The translations under genes were made by a program, and so were the position numbers. A stretch of 64,000 nt of DNA from a virus. The stretch lies in IMG/VR virus record IMGVR_UViG_3300036819_000331, positions 1 to 64,000 of that record; one strand, written 5' to 3'. The notes below the pieces were generated by a model. That model searched no databases. It worked only from the letters and a program-made list of their open reading frames with translations, and was not told where the DNA came from. This document shows positions 39,512-48,568 of this stretch, piece after piece; within the stretch, counting starts at the first letter, position 1, and every line of letters begins with the position of its first letter.

Positions 39512-40032
39512 AGGCGAGCCTTTCTGATTTAAGTTCGTCAATCTTGGCGTCCGTCGCCTCATCACTGGCCACATTCTCGTGGTACTCCTCGGAGAATTCC
39601 GCAGTGAGGTCGATCTTGTTGGCATCCGTGACGGCAACCGTGAATGCGTAGGTGCTCGCATACTGTTCCGCCGCATCCGCAGCCTCCGCACGGTCGGTAT
39701 GCACCCTGTCGTGGGCTTCGGGGCCGAAGAACCCGTTGTGGATGTTGATATAGAGGGTGGTATTTTTCATGATGTTCCCCCTACTTCCCGCGAGAGTCTA
39801 AAGCGTCCCAGACAGAATGGGACTTCGCCTGCGCCAGCTGCGTCTCCGCCTCCCTGCGGCGGGTGCGGTGCAGCTCGGGGTGCATCTGCTTGGCGAAGTG
39901 CGTGTAGGCGTTGAAGGCCTCCTCGTCAACGCTGGCGATGCCGTCATCGATGCCTTTCAGATAGAGAGAACTGCCGCCTACTGCCATGAGGCAGAGGGCG
40001 ATTAGGGAGAGTTTGGCTTTGAGATAGTTCAT
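39504..40032 (-). other. First two genes of the leftward operon (39504-39770, 39781-40032)
   Basis: Directly downstream of the left operators. Confidence 0.55.
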
Positions 40033-40065
40033 GGTGGGCCTCACTGGTAAGTTGTGAGGCACAAT

Positions 40066-40115
40066 GTTGCACATTCTGAAACATCGCGCAATCAGAAAGT
40101 TTCATAAAATGAAAC
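40066..40115. promoter_or_regulatory. OL-like operators (two copies)
   Basis: gttgca-cattc-tgaaac (40066-40082) and gtttca-taaaa-tgaaac (40099-40115). Confidence 0.75.
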
Positions 40116-40217
40116 ATCCAAGTAACCCAAAGACTTACTCGGGTGGTCTTGTTGGCAGGCAATGAGATTGAGGGCGAATAAGTGCCGATCAGAAGGGCAA
40201 GGAGCGCATGGAGGGCG

Positions 40218-40367
40218 CTATGCGTCGTTGTCGTCGGAGGGCACCATGTTGGCCTGCCGATTCCACTCGATCAGAATCGTGAGCATAGTGACGAACAGAA
40301 GGTAAAGTACAAACGCGCCCAGGAGGCTGGCGGCGGCGAACTTCACGATTGCGGCAAGGAACGCCAT
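40218..40367 (-). CDS. 49-aa single-TM protein downstream of cI
   Basis: MAFLAAIVKFAAASLLGAFVLYLLFVTMLTILIEW...; starts 2 nt after the cI stop. Confidence 0.5.
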   Translation of the reverse strand: MAFLAAIVKFAAASLLGAFVLYLLFVTMLTILIEWNRQANMVPSDDNDA

Positions 40368-40369
40368 GA

Positions 40370-41017
40370 CTATGACCGACTTCTTACAAATGGCTTAATA
40401 AAGATCACTGGAGCACACCACGCCAGCTCGACGTCGGTTATAGTGTCCATGTTATAGCTCTGCAAGTCGAATCTGCCGTGGGTCTGCCCCTTGCGGACCA
40501 TCTTCAGAAGCGTGCGGCCGTCCCTCATCTGCACAACGCAAAGGCTGGCCAAGCAGTGGTCCGGCGCTCCGCCGTCATATCGCTGCGCATAGTAGACGAC
40601 GGTCCCCTCGGGCATGAACGGGAGCATCGAATTGCCTTTCACCCGGAGGGCCACGATGCCGGTTGAAAAGATGCCGGGCGGCGCTTCCACCCACTCGCAG
40701 TTGATGTATTCCTCATCGGCGGGATCAATCACCTTCGGCATAAGGGGCAGATCGTCCAGCGGGTAAACCTCGCCGCCAGCGCCGACCTCCCCGACGATTG
40801 GGATTCGCAAATCGTTCAGCAGCTCCGAAGGAGTCCAGCCGAATTTTCCGCCAAGCTTGCGCATCCATTCCTCATTCATTCCAATCTTGCCCGCTTCGAG
40901 TTTGGAAATATGCCCACGGTTCGTATTGGTTGCGTCGGCAATATCCTGCTGGGTCAAGCCCAGCGCAGTTCTCAGATGCAGCAAGTTGTTTGTATAAGGC
41001 CCTCTTGTCTTTGCCAT
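40370..41017 (-). CDS. cI: CI-like repressor (XRE HTH + S24 peptidase)
   Basis: LTQQDIADA...ISKLE; VGEVGAG; LRVKGNSM; LLK. Confidence 0.9.
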   Translation of the reverse strand: MAKTRGPYTNNLLHLRTALGLTQQDIADATNTNRGHISKLEAGKIGMNEEWMRKLGGKFGWTPSELLNDLRIPIVGEVGAGGEVYPLDDLPLMPKVIDPADEEYINCEWVEAPPGIFSTGIVALRVKGNSMLPFMPEGTVVYYAQRYDGGAPDHCLASLCVVQMRDGRTLLKMVRKGQTHGRFDLQSYNMDTITDVELAWCAPVIFIKPFVRSRS

Positions 41018-41027
41018 GCGCGGCAAG

Positions 41028-41101
41028 GTTTCACTTTCCGCAACATTATTACAGTGCATAGATTGAAACATTTTCTTGACTGAGGTTGCAAATTATGAAA
41101 C
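41028..41101. promoter_or_regulatory. OR-like operators (three copies) with a TTGACT -35-like box
   Basis: gtttca-N5-cgcaac (41028), agtgca-N5-tgaaac (41053), gttgca-N5-tgaaac (41085); TTGACT at 41076. Confidence 0.75.
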
Positions 41102-41111
41102 ATCAATACCC

Positions 41112-41342
41112 ATGAAGCTGAGAACTTGGATGGACGAGCGAAAGAAGACGCAGGCGGACCTTGCGGAAGCCATCGGCCGCAACAAAACGCGTGCAAATCG
41201 AATCTACAATGGCGCCATACCGAATGAACAGGAAATGCCCATGATCGAAGCTTGGACGCAAGGGCTCGTCCAGCCGAATGATTTCTTTGCGCGCGTCGTT
41301 CCAGAAAGTGCTGTCGGCGGGGTGGGTCATTGCAATGCCTAA
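41112..41342 (+). CDS. cro: Cro-like repressor
   Basis: MKLRTWM..TQADLAEAIG...IEAWTQGLVQPNDF; divergent from cI. Confidence 0.8.
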   Translation: MKLRTWMDERKKTQADLAEAIGRNKTRANRIYNGAIPNEQEMPMIEAWTQGLVQPNDFFARVVPESAVGGVGHCNA

Positions 41343-41417
41343 TAAATGGTTAAGTAGAGGGTTTGTCTCTTAACGAACGTCCCAAAATGGTGCAACAAAA
41401 AAAAGTGTGAAGGTTTT

Positions 41418-42008
41418 ATGACGGGCGGCTTAGAAGAATTCCAAACGAGAGCGACAATTCGACGCCATAAGAAGCCGCCCTTGGTTATCCGGCAAGTGAC
41501 ACAATGGAACCAGCGCTTCGGAGTCGTATATTTCCTGCGCGAATCCTCAATCGGTCTGATAAAGATCGGCTTCACCAGCGGTGATCCACAAAAGAGGCTG
41601 GTGAACGTCGCCAACGCTCTGAAGGCAACGGTTAAATGGGTAGGCTATTTCCGCGCGCAGGCCGTCGAAGAGATCGCCGCGCATCAGCGGTTTCGCCATC
41701 TTCATGTTCGCAACGAGTGGTTTCGTCCCGAGGCAGAATTGCTGAAGTGGATGGAAGAAATGAGCCCGATATTTGATGAGGCGTCCGCGCTGGATGAGCT
41801 TTTTGATCTCGCTCTGATTGCCCGTGTGAAAGCCATCACGGCGCGTCAACATCAAGGCAGAATCGATTTTCACGGCCTCATGCGGAACGTCGATTACCTC
41901 GACTTTATTTTCTGGCTGTGTCGGCGACGAATACCCTCTGCGGAACTTCTGAATGAGGTGCGCGCGACACTTCGGAAACTGGACTCCCAGGAAAGGGCCG
42001 CCGCATGA
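41418..42008 (+). CDS. GIY-YIG/T5orf172-like protein
   Basis: VYFL..LIKIGFT..PQKRL...EIAAHQRF..VRNEWF. Confidence 0.75.
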   Translation: MTGGLEEFQTRATIRRHKKPPLVIRQVTQWNQRFGVVYFLRESSIGLIKIGFTSGDPQKRLVNVANALKATVKWVGYFRAQAVEEIAAHQRFRHLHVRNEWFRPEAELLKWMEEMSPIFDEASALDELFDLALIARVKAITARQHQGRIDFHGLMRNVDYLDFIFWLCRRRIPSAELLNEVRATLRKLDSQERAAA

Positions 42009-42502
42009 CCCAAACCCCTCCCTCTCCCCAAACCCCTCCCGCTACTGCCCCCCACCGTGCTTCCTCTGATGCTGCTGATAAGCTGCGGGCAATGGCGGAA
42101 GAGGACGGTGCAAAATGCACCATCAGAATCGGCGACGGCCCGGAGATTCCGTTCGATCAAGCTGGTGAGCAGAAGCTGAAGGATCATTTCGAGAAAGCTC
42201 TGGGTGCCCAAAGCCGCGCTTCCACGCCGCGTACCGGCGGCATCGCAGCCGACCAGCTCCGGTCTGTAATCGAGCGCCTTGAGCGGCTCCATGAGGAAAA
42301 AGCCGGTATCGCCAGCGATATCAAAGACCTCTTTGCGGAAGCAAAAGGTAATGGTCTGGATGTCCCGACGCTGAGGAAGATTCTCAAGCTCCGCGCGATG
42401 GACGCCGCGGAGCGGGATGAGGCGGAGCATTTGCTGCATACCTACTGCGTTGCTTTAGGCCTGCAGCCAGATTTATTCGAAACACACGCAGAGGGGGATT
42501 AA
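42005..42502 (+). CDS. GapR/DUF2312-family nucleoid protein with N-terminal extension
   Basis: AADQLRSVIERLERLHEEK..IASDIKDLFAEAKGNGLD. Confidence 0.85.
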   Translation: MTQTPPSPQTPPATAPHRASSDAADKLRAMAEEDGAKCTIRIGDGPEIPFDQAGEQKLKDHFEKALGAQSRASTPRTGGIAADQLRSVIERLERLHEEKAGIASDIKDLFAEAKGNGLDVPTLRKILKLRAMDAAERDEAEHLLHTYCVALGLQPDLFETHAEGD

Positions 42503-42717
42503 CCGCGATGTAAGCGCGGGCGCAAGTCATGGCGATGTGGGCCTTCACCTGGGCGGCACATCGGAACCGACAAGAGTAGGGCTAGACAGCGGCGTAATGG
42601 ATACAGCGGGTCGGGCTTGCAGGTGGGCGCATTCCCCATAGATGTTCGTGCCGTGCCTACCCACCTCAACCGGGATTGTCCCAATGAAACGTCACCATTC
42701 AAATTTGGAGAAAGCCA

Positions 42718-42983
42718 TGTCCGCACTCGTAGACGCCCTTACCGCCCTCGGCCAGCAGATCGCTGCCCTCAACCCCACCGCCAACGCCGCCCATCTCGCC
42801 ACCATCGATGCCCACCTGACGAAGCTCGACACGGAGGAAGGTGCCGACGAAGCCACCATCGCCGATACAACGGCGGCGCTGAATGCATTCGTGACCGCCG
42901 CCAAGGGCACGTCCTCGGCGTCGGGCGCGAGTTCCGCGAGCGGCACTTCCTCCGCGTCCGGTGCGGCTGCGGCGAAGAGCTGA
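42718..42983 (+). CDS. Ala/Ser-rich small hypothetical protein
   Basis: RBS GGAGA; coiled-coil followed by a low-complexity tail. Confidence 0.5.
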
Positions 42984-43296
42984 TGAATTCCCGAAAGGGA
43001 AACGTGCCTATGGCGCTTCTGGGGATACGGCTACCGCTGACAGCCTAAACAGCATCGCTGAGTCGGCGGAGTGAGTCGGATAGAACGAAGAAGGCTCCCA
43101 CAGAAGCGCCGCCAAGATAGCAGATAGGCCCCAGGCCATTTAGTCCTGCTATGCCCGCGTCGAGGCCAGAGACGCCGGAGACCAAGCGCCGTAATGCTGG
43201 CCGGTAGCCTCGCCGGTAAAGGGAAGGGCGGTCCTGCTAGCGGGCCGCTCTTCCGGGCCGCGTGCCTACCAACCCCAAACCGAAAGGAGTCTGCCC

Positions 43297-43611
43297 ATGG
43301 ATTTCGGAGAAGCAATTAGAACGTTGAAGGCTGGGAAGCGTGTCGCGCGTGCTGGCTGGAACGGCAAAGGCATGTTCTTGTATTACGTGCCGGCAGCCAG
43401 CTATCCGGCTCAGACGGATGTGGCGAAGGAATACTGGAAAGACAAGGCCACGTCTTTCACCGAAACCAACGTCCCCAAGGTTCCCTACGTGGCCTATATC
43501 GCCATGAAAACCGCACAGGAAAATGTGGTGCCTTGGCTTGCCAGCCAGACTGACGTCCTCGCAGAAGATTGGGAAACCGTGGAGGGCGCGGCGGCGATGA
43601 AAGCCGCATAA
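43297..43611 (+). CDS. DUF2829 / Tad2-like anti-defence nucleotide sponge
   Basis: MDFGEAI..LKAGKRVARAGWNGKGMFL...VPWLASQTDVLAEDW; RBS AAGGAG. Confidence 0.85.
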   Translation: MDFGEAIRTLKAGKRVARAGWNGKGMFLYYVPAASYPAQTDVAKEYWKDKATSFTETNVPKVPYVAYIAMKTAQENVVPWLASQTDVLAEDWETVEGAAAMKAA

Positions 43612-43827
43612 CGAATACCCCCAGAGGGAGGTCTGGTACGGCTCGCAAGGCCCCCAGCACCTTTTAGGAACGGTTCTACCGTAGGTCTTCAGGACGCCTC
43701 CCGCACTACACGTGCCCACCCAAGAGACGCCTTCAACAGTCTCGCCCAGAACGAAGACAACGGGCCCACGCCATCCCGGCGATAGATCGGGAGGCGCGGG
43801 AAGTGACAACCAACAGGGAGCGTGCCC

Positions 43828-44360
43828 ATGGAAATGACCATGTATGAGGAGGCGATCTTCGGCAGAGCCGCGGCTGCGCGCCCTCCACAACCGAACGTAA
43901 TCAAGCTGGCGGTCGATGCGATAGGCCGAGAACACTACCGGCACGATTGGCGCGGCCATTGGATATGGGAAATGGGCCGCTGGACCGGCCCGCTCAGGCT
44001 CGAAGGGCTGATGCGCGCGGCGAATGCGCGCCTGAAGGAGCGGGGAGAGCCGCAGATCACCACCAACCCGATTTGGGAGGTGTAGCCATGTCATTTAAAA
44101 GTGAAAATCACGCCCTTAAGCGCCTCTCATCAATCACGTGGAAACCCGACAACGACGGCTTCCTCACGATGGACGGATACTTTACGCCCGCCGGTGCCCG
44201 CACATTGCTGAGCCAGCTTGGAGAGGAAGGCCGCGATGCCCTCGGGCTGGTGTTCATAGCCCACCACAGCAAGGCGATGATGCGGCGGAGCCAGGCGGAG
44301 CGGATTTTTGAGATCGAGGGCCTGCCGCTGAATATTCAGGAACGGGTGAGGGCTCTATGA
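43828..44360 (+). other. Two small hypothetical genes (about 43828-44085 and 44088-44360)
   Basis: RBS-preceded ORFs within the operon. Confidence 0.5.
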
Positions 44361-44713
44361 ATCAGTACGTCATCGAAATCCCAGACTGGCTCCCCACTCC
44401 ACTGAATAAGCTGATGGGCAACTGGCGGCAGTCGGCAAAGCTGAAGAAGCAGGACCGCGAAATGATATGGGCGTACAGCAGACTCGCCAAGGTGCCGTAT
44501 GAGCGGATCAAGCGCAGCGTCGAGTTGATCATCACGCTGGAACCGGCGCAGCGGGCGGTCGATCCGGACAGCTACCAAAAATCGGTAGGCGACGCCCTGG
44601 TGAATAGCTACGCGCTCTGGAATGACAGCCACCTGTGGGTGGAGTGGCTTCCCATAAAGTTTGAGCGCGGCGCGCGAAGGAACACCCGGATTCTGCTGAG
44701 GGATATCGCATGA
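44357..44713 (+). CDS. RusA-like Holliday junction resolvase
   Basis: DPDSYQKSVGDALV...NDS motif. Confidence 0.7.
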   Translation: MNQYVIEIPDWLPTPLNKLMGNWRQSAKLKKQDREMIWAYSRLAKVPYERIKRSVELIITLEPAQRAVDPDSYQKSVGDALVNSYALWNDSHLWVEWLPIKFERGARRNTRILLRDIA

Positions 44714-45108
44714 TCACCCCAGTCCGCATCCAGCGCAAGCGCACCCGCGGCTTCAACCTTCAGGCCGAGAGCCACGCCGTCAACGGATTGCCTTGTGTCA
44801 GCGTGACTCGCCCCAGCCGGTGGGGCAATCCTTTCGATTTCCGCCGGTTTGGCCGCGAACTCTCGCTCGCGCTTTTCCGAAACACGCTCCGGGGCTTCTG
44901 GAGTCCCGGCCTGGTCGTCGATGTCTCCGATGAGATATGCGATCTCTGCTACACAGCCCATCACAGGTTCCTGAAGGGCCTCGGCGCGCATCCGCTGGAG
45001 ATTATAGGCACGGAGTTGGGCGGCAGGAACCTGGGCTGCTTTTGCCCGATGGACGTTTCTTGCCACGCGGATATCGAACTCGAGTTCGCGAACAGGTGGG
45101 CAGCATGA
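44710..45108 (+). CDS. DUF4326 protein
   Basis: RIQRKRTRG..VTRPSRWGNPF...LGGRNLGCFC..CHAD. Confidence 0.8.
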   Translation: MITPVRIQRKRTRGFNLQAESHAVNGLPCVSVTRPSRWGNPFDFRRFGRELSLALFRNTLRGFWSPGLVVDVSDEICDLCYTAHHRFLKGLGAHPLEIIGTELGGRNLGCFCPMDVSCHADIELEFANRWAA

Positions 45109-45304
45109 AACACAAAGTCCTCCCATTCGCCACGTCCCTTGAAAGCACGCAGTTCGCGCTGGAGCAGCTTCTGAAGCGGTTCTGCAAATTGGAGACCGCG
45201 CATAACGCCAACGGCAAGGAACTGAAGGAGGCCAGGATTCAGCTGAACCTTCAGGGCATGGAAATAAAACGCCTGCGCGAGCGGGTGGAACGGAGGGACG
45301 CGGA

Positions 45305-46156
45305 ATGAAACCAACCAAGGAGGAACTTATGGGTGCAAAACACGCGGGGGGGGGCGACATGGTTAGCCAGCTTGGCCCGAAACCGGAATTGAAGTGGCTC
45401 GCGCTCGAAAAGCTTTACGTGGACAGCCGCTACCAGCGGAACACGAAGTCGCGCGCCAGCGAGAAGAACCTCGACTATCTGAAATCCAGTTTCTCCTGGT
45501 CGCACTGCGGCGCTCTTATAGTCTGCTATGTGCCGGCGGAGAAGAAGTTCGCGGTCATCGACGGACAGCATCGCCTGCAGGCCGCGATGGCGCGAAAGGA
45601 CATCGAAGCGCTTCCGTGCCTTGTGGTCAGCGGGCTGGACTTCGAGAAGCAGGCGAAGAGTTTTGTCGCCATCAATACCAAGCGCGTACAGCTGAACTCC
45701 CTCGCCGCGTTTCATGCGGCAGTGGCATCCGGCGACAAAACAGCCGCCACGCTGAAAGACATTCTCGACGAGTGTGACATTGAAATCCCGCTTTCGCCGG
45801 TGATGAGGGGAGAAACGGGTCCCCGGCAGATGCAGTCGCCTGGAACGTTGGCGGCTCTCGTCGGGAAATATACCGGCAAACAAATCTGTTGGACACTCAA
45901 GATCATTCCCGAGGCATACGGCGAACAGAAGGGCCGTATGCGGGCGCTCCTCATCAAGGCATTGGTAACCTTCGCGAAATACACACCAGACATCGATCAG
46001 AAGCGCATGGTGAAAGTGCTTTCGGCGATCGATCCGTTGCAACTCGAAATCGATGCGCGAGCCTATGTGAGCATTTCCGGCGGGACAACGGTCGCCGCGG
46101 CCGTGCAAGCAATTGATCGGCTCTACCGTAACGCTGGGAGGAAAAACGCAGCATGA
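45305..46156 (+). CDS. ParB N-terminal domain protein (DUF6551-like)
   Basis: VDSRYQR...VIDGQHRL.AA...QAKSFVAIN. Confidence 0.8.
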   Translation: MKPTKEELMGAKHAGGGDMVSQLGPKPELKWLALEKLYVDSRYQRNTKSRASEKNLDYLKSSFSWSHCGALIVCYVPAEKKFAVIDGQHRLQAAMARKDIEALPCLVVSGLDFEKQAKSFVAINTKRVQLNSLAAFHAAVASGDKTAATLKDILDECDIEIPLSPVMRGETGPRQMQSPGTLAALVGKYTGKQICWTLKIIPEAYGEQKGRMRALLIKALVTFAKYTPDIDQKRMVKVLSAIDPLQLEIDARAYVSISGGTTVAAAVQAIDRLYRNAGRKNAA

Positions 46157-47191
46157 GCGATGTGGAGGGTCTGATAACGGCACTTGGCAATGAAGGCGCC
46201 AGCGCGGCGACAATCACCGATGAGCTGAACCGCCGGGGCTTCTGCGACCGCCGGAAGATGCCATTCACGCGGGAGACCGTTGAGAGCTATCTGCGGATGC
46301 TCGGTATCGGCCCATCCCTCCCTTTTCCCGCTCTCGAACTCTCGACCCCGGAACCTTCTTCCCCAACTGAAGCGCCCCCCGCGGTGTTTCACGATCCACT
46401 GAAGAAGCTGCAAGCCGAGGCCTATCAGGCTGGCGAAGACCTACCTCCTGCCGAGCCACTTTCCATCAACAGCAAAGAAGGGGCACCGCTGGGCGAGCCG
46501 CGCTATCACCCCGGCGTTCTTGGGCAGTGGCCTACGGGCATAAATTACGGCGGCGATAATTGCTACCCCGACGCGCCTCCTTACAACTACACCCATCCCG
46601 GCCGGTACTGCGGCAGCGATCTGCGCGGTGGAAGCAGCGCCTCTCAAGCTCTCATGGGAGGACACTGATGCCCCCCACCGTGTTTCCCGCAACGCGATCA
46701 GCCGACTGGTACCGGACCCACCTCTTCGTGGCACAGGCCTCTCCCACGGTATGGAGCGCCGAGAAAGCCCGCATCCGCACCCTCGAATGGAAACGGCCCG
46801 CGAAGATTCGCATCACCGCCTGCATGCTGTGCTGCACCCGCCCGATTGACGCCATAACCATCCCGCAGGGCGATACCTACCTGCTGGAACGCCTCGGCCT
46901 CACCCACCTGGGCGACACAAAGAACCGGAAGCTGGCGCAGCAACTTCGGGAGTTCCCATGACCGCGAAAATTCTGTCCATAAGCTCCGTCCCCCGCAGCG
47001 CCGCCCACCAATGGAAGGAAGAGGCTGTGCTCGAAGGCTTCCTGAAGGCCCTGAAAGCCCTCACCGCACTCAAGCCATGCAGCACGCGCGAGACCATATC
47101 CGCACTGGAGAACTGGGCCGCGAGCGGGATGCTGAGCGAGGCGGAGGTTGCGGCGTTGATGGAATTTCACGGTTGGGAGCGCGGGTCATGA
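46153..47191 (+). other. Coupled hypothetical genes (46153-46668, 46668-46961, 46958-47191)
   Basis: ATGA/TGATG overlaps. Confidence 0.55.
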
Positions 47192-47670
47192 AAGCACTCA
47201 GCATCGGCCAGAAGCATGGCAACGATCAAGACCGCAACGGAGTACCATCAGCGAATGGAGACGACAAGCCAGTGAGAGTATCGAGGCACGCACAAGAGAT
47301 CATCAACATGAAAATCGAGCCGGACGAGATAGTCTCGCTGGTGCAGGAGATGGCCAAGCGCCACGACGAAGGTAAACCCACAGGCTGGGAAGCCGGCGCA
47401 ATCATCCTTGCCCGCCTATATCCCGGACGCCCCGCAAGGGCGCATTGCATCTCGGAGCGCATGCAATGCCTTGCTGAGATGGCAAAAGATGTGCGTATGC
47501 GCGGTTGGAGCTTTGAGGGCCCGGAGGATGGCTGCCTGATCACGAATGAGGCGGTATTCCGCGGTGCGGCCTTGTGCCCGATGCGCGCCGGTCAGAATCG
47601 GGTGCGCTTCGATCCGGATGAGTTTTTCGCCATTGTCCTTGCAGAGACGCCGTCGGAGGGAAAAGCATGA
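47188..47670 (+). CDS. Hypothetical protein; N-terminus looks like an ASCH-gene remnant fused to a moron
   Basis: Starts MKALSIGQ, then unrelated sequence; internal ATG at 47308. Confidence 0.45.
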   Translation: MKALSIGQKHGNDQDRNGVPSANGDDKPVRVSRHAQEIINMKIEPDEIVSLVQEMAKRHDEGKPTGWEAGAIILARLYPGRPARAHCISERMQCLAEMAKDVRMRGWSFEGPEDGCLITNEAVFRGAALCPMRAGQNRVRFDPDEFFAIVLAETPSEGKA

Positions 47671-47725
47671 GGTTGCCCGCAATGCATATTTGCACCACAC
47701 GGTATGGCGTTGGAGGCGCAGCGCC

Positions 47726-48568
47726 ATGAGCAAAATATTCCGGTTCGATTGCTATCCCCACGACTGGCTGCTCGATACCTCCCGCCTGACTCCTGAAGAT
47801 CGCGGCATCTATGTCCAGATCGTCATGCTTATTTACGCGCGCGGCGGCCACATCGACAATGACCCGAAGTGGATTTCCGGCTCCTGCAATTGCTCGTCCC
47901 GGTTGGTGTCAGCGTCCATTTCGCGGCTTGTTGAGATGGACTTCATCCAACTTTCAGCCGGCAAAATCACCCAGAAACGTGTCCAACGTGAGCTGAACAC
48001 CAAGCGAGCGCAGATTGAAAGCGGTGCGAACGGTGGCCGGAAGACAGCCGAAAATAAGCCAGAAACCAGTAAAGACAATGGCATAACACCAAGGATCGAG
48101 ACCTCCGACCCACCCAGCTCTAACCCTACCCCTAATCCTATCCCTAACCCTATAAGTAATCCCCCTGTGTCCCCCACAGAATCGGGATTCAGTTTTCTCG
48201 ACCGCTCGCGACTCGACCCTGTAATTCCCGCGGAGTGGCTGGCAGTGTGCCGGGGCGAGATGGGCTGGCCGGAAAACATCGCCATGGACATCTGGACGAA
48301 ATTCAGCGGCCACCAGGGGCGGAAGGTCGGGCATGCCGCGCTGAAGACCAGCGAGGAATGGGGCGCGGAGTGGCGGACGTGGTACCGGAAGGAAAACATC
48401 CCCGCGCAGAGGCTTAAGGCTGCTGCGGCGGTTGAGACTGCGGTGCCGCGCACGCCGGAGGAACAGGCCAAATACGACGCCGAGCAACGCTCCTGGCATC
48501 TCAAGATGGGAAAGCAGCACCCGGTCTACAACCCTGAAGGCAAGACCGTCCTGGAGGCCAACACATGA
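47726..48568 (+). CDS. YdaU/DUF1376-family replication initiator
   Basis: YPHDWLLDTSRLTPEDRGIYVQI...QKRVQREL; Pro/Asn repeat linker. Confidence 0.8.
   Translation: MSKIFRFDCYPHDWLLDTSRLTPEDRGIYVQIVMLIYARGGHIDNDPKWISGSCNCSSRLVSASISRLVEMDFIQLSAGKITQKRVQRELNTKRAQIESGANGGRKTAENKPETSKDNGITPRIETSDPPSSNPTPNPIPNPISNPPVSPTESGFSFLDRSRLDPVIPAEWLAVCRGEMGWPENIAMDIWTKFSGHQGRKVGHAALKTSEEWGAEWRTWYRKENIPAQRLKAAAAVETAVPRTPEEQAKYDAEQRSWHLKMGKQHPVYNPEGKTVLEANT
48121..48163 (+). repeat. 12-bp imperfect tandem repeats within the initiator gene
   Basis: taaccctacccc / taatcctatccc / taaccctataag / taatccc. Confidence 0.6.

Noticed and set aside
43186-43232. Twister-ribozyme-like string (CGCCG-TAAT...CCGGT...GCCGG-TAAA...GGCGG)
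   Set aside because: P2 pairing and the L4 pseudoknot consensus do not fit; kept only as part of the generic structured region
43612-43720. tRNA gene
   Set aside because: Cloverleaf-like, but no TTCRA T-loop, D-loop consensus or proper acceptor stem
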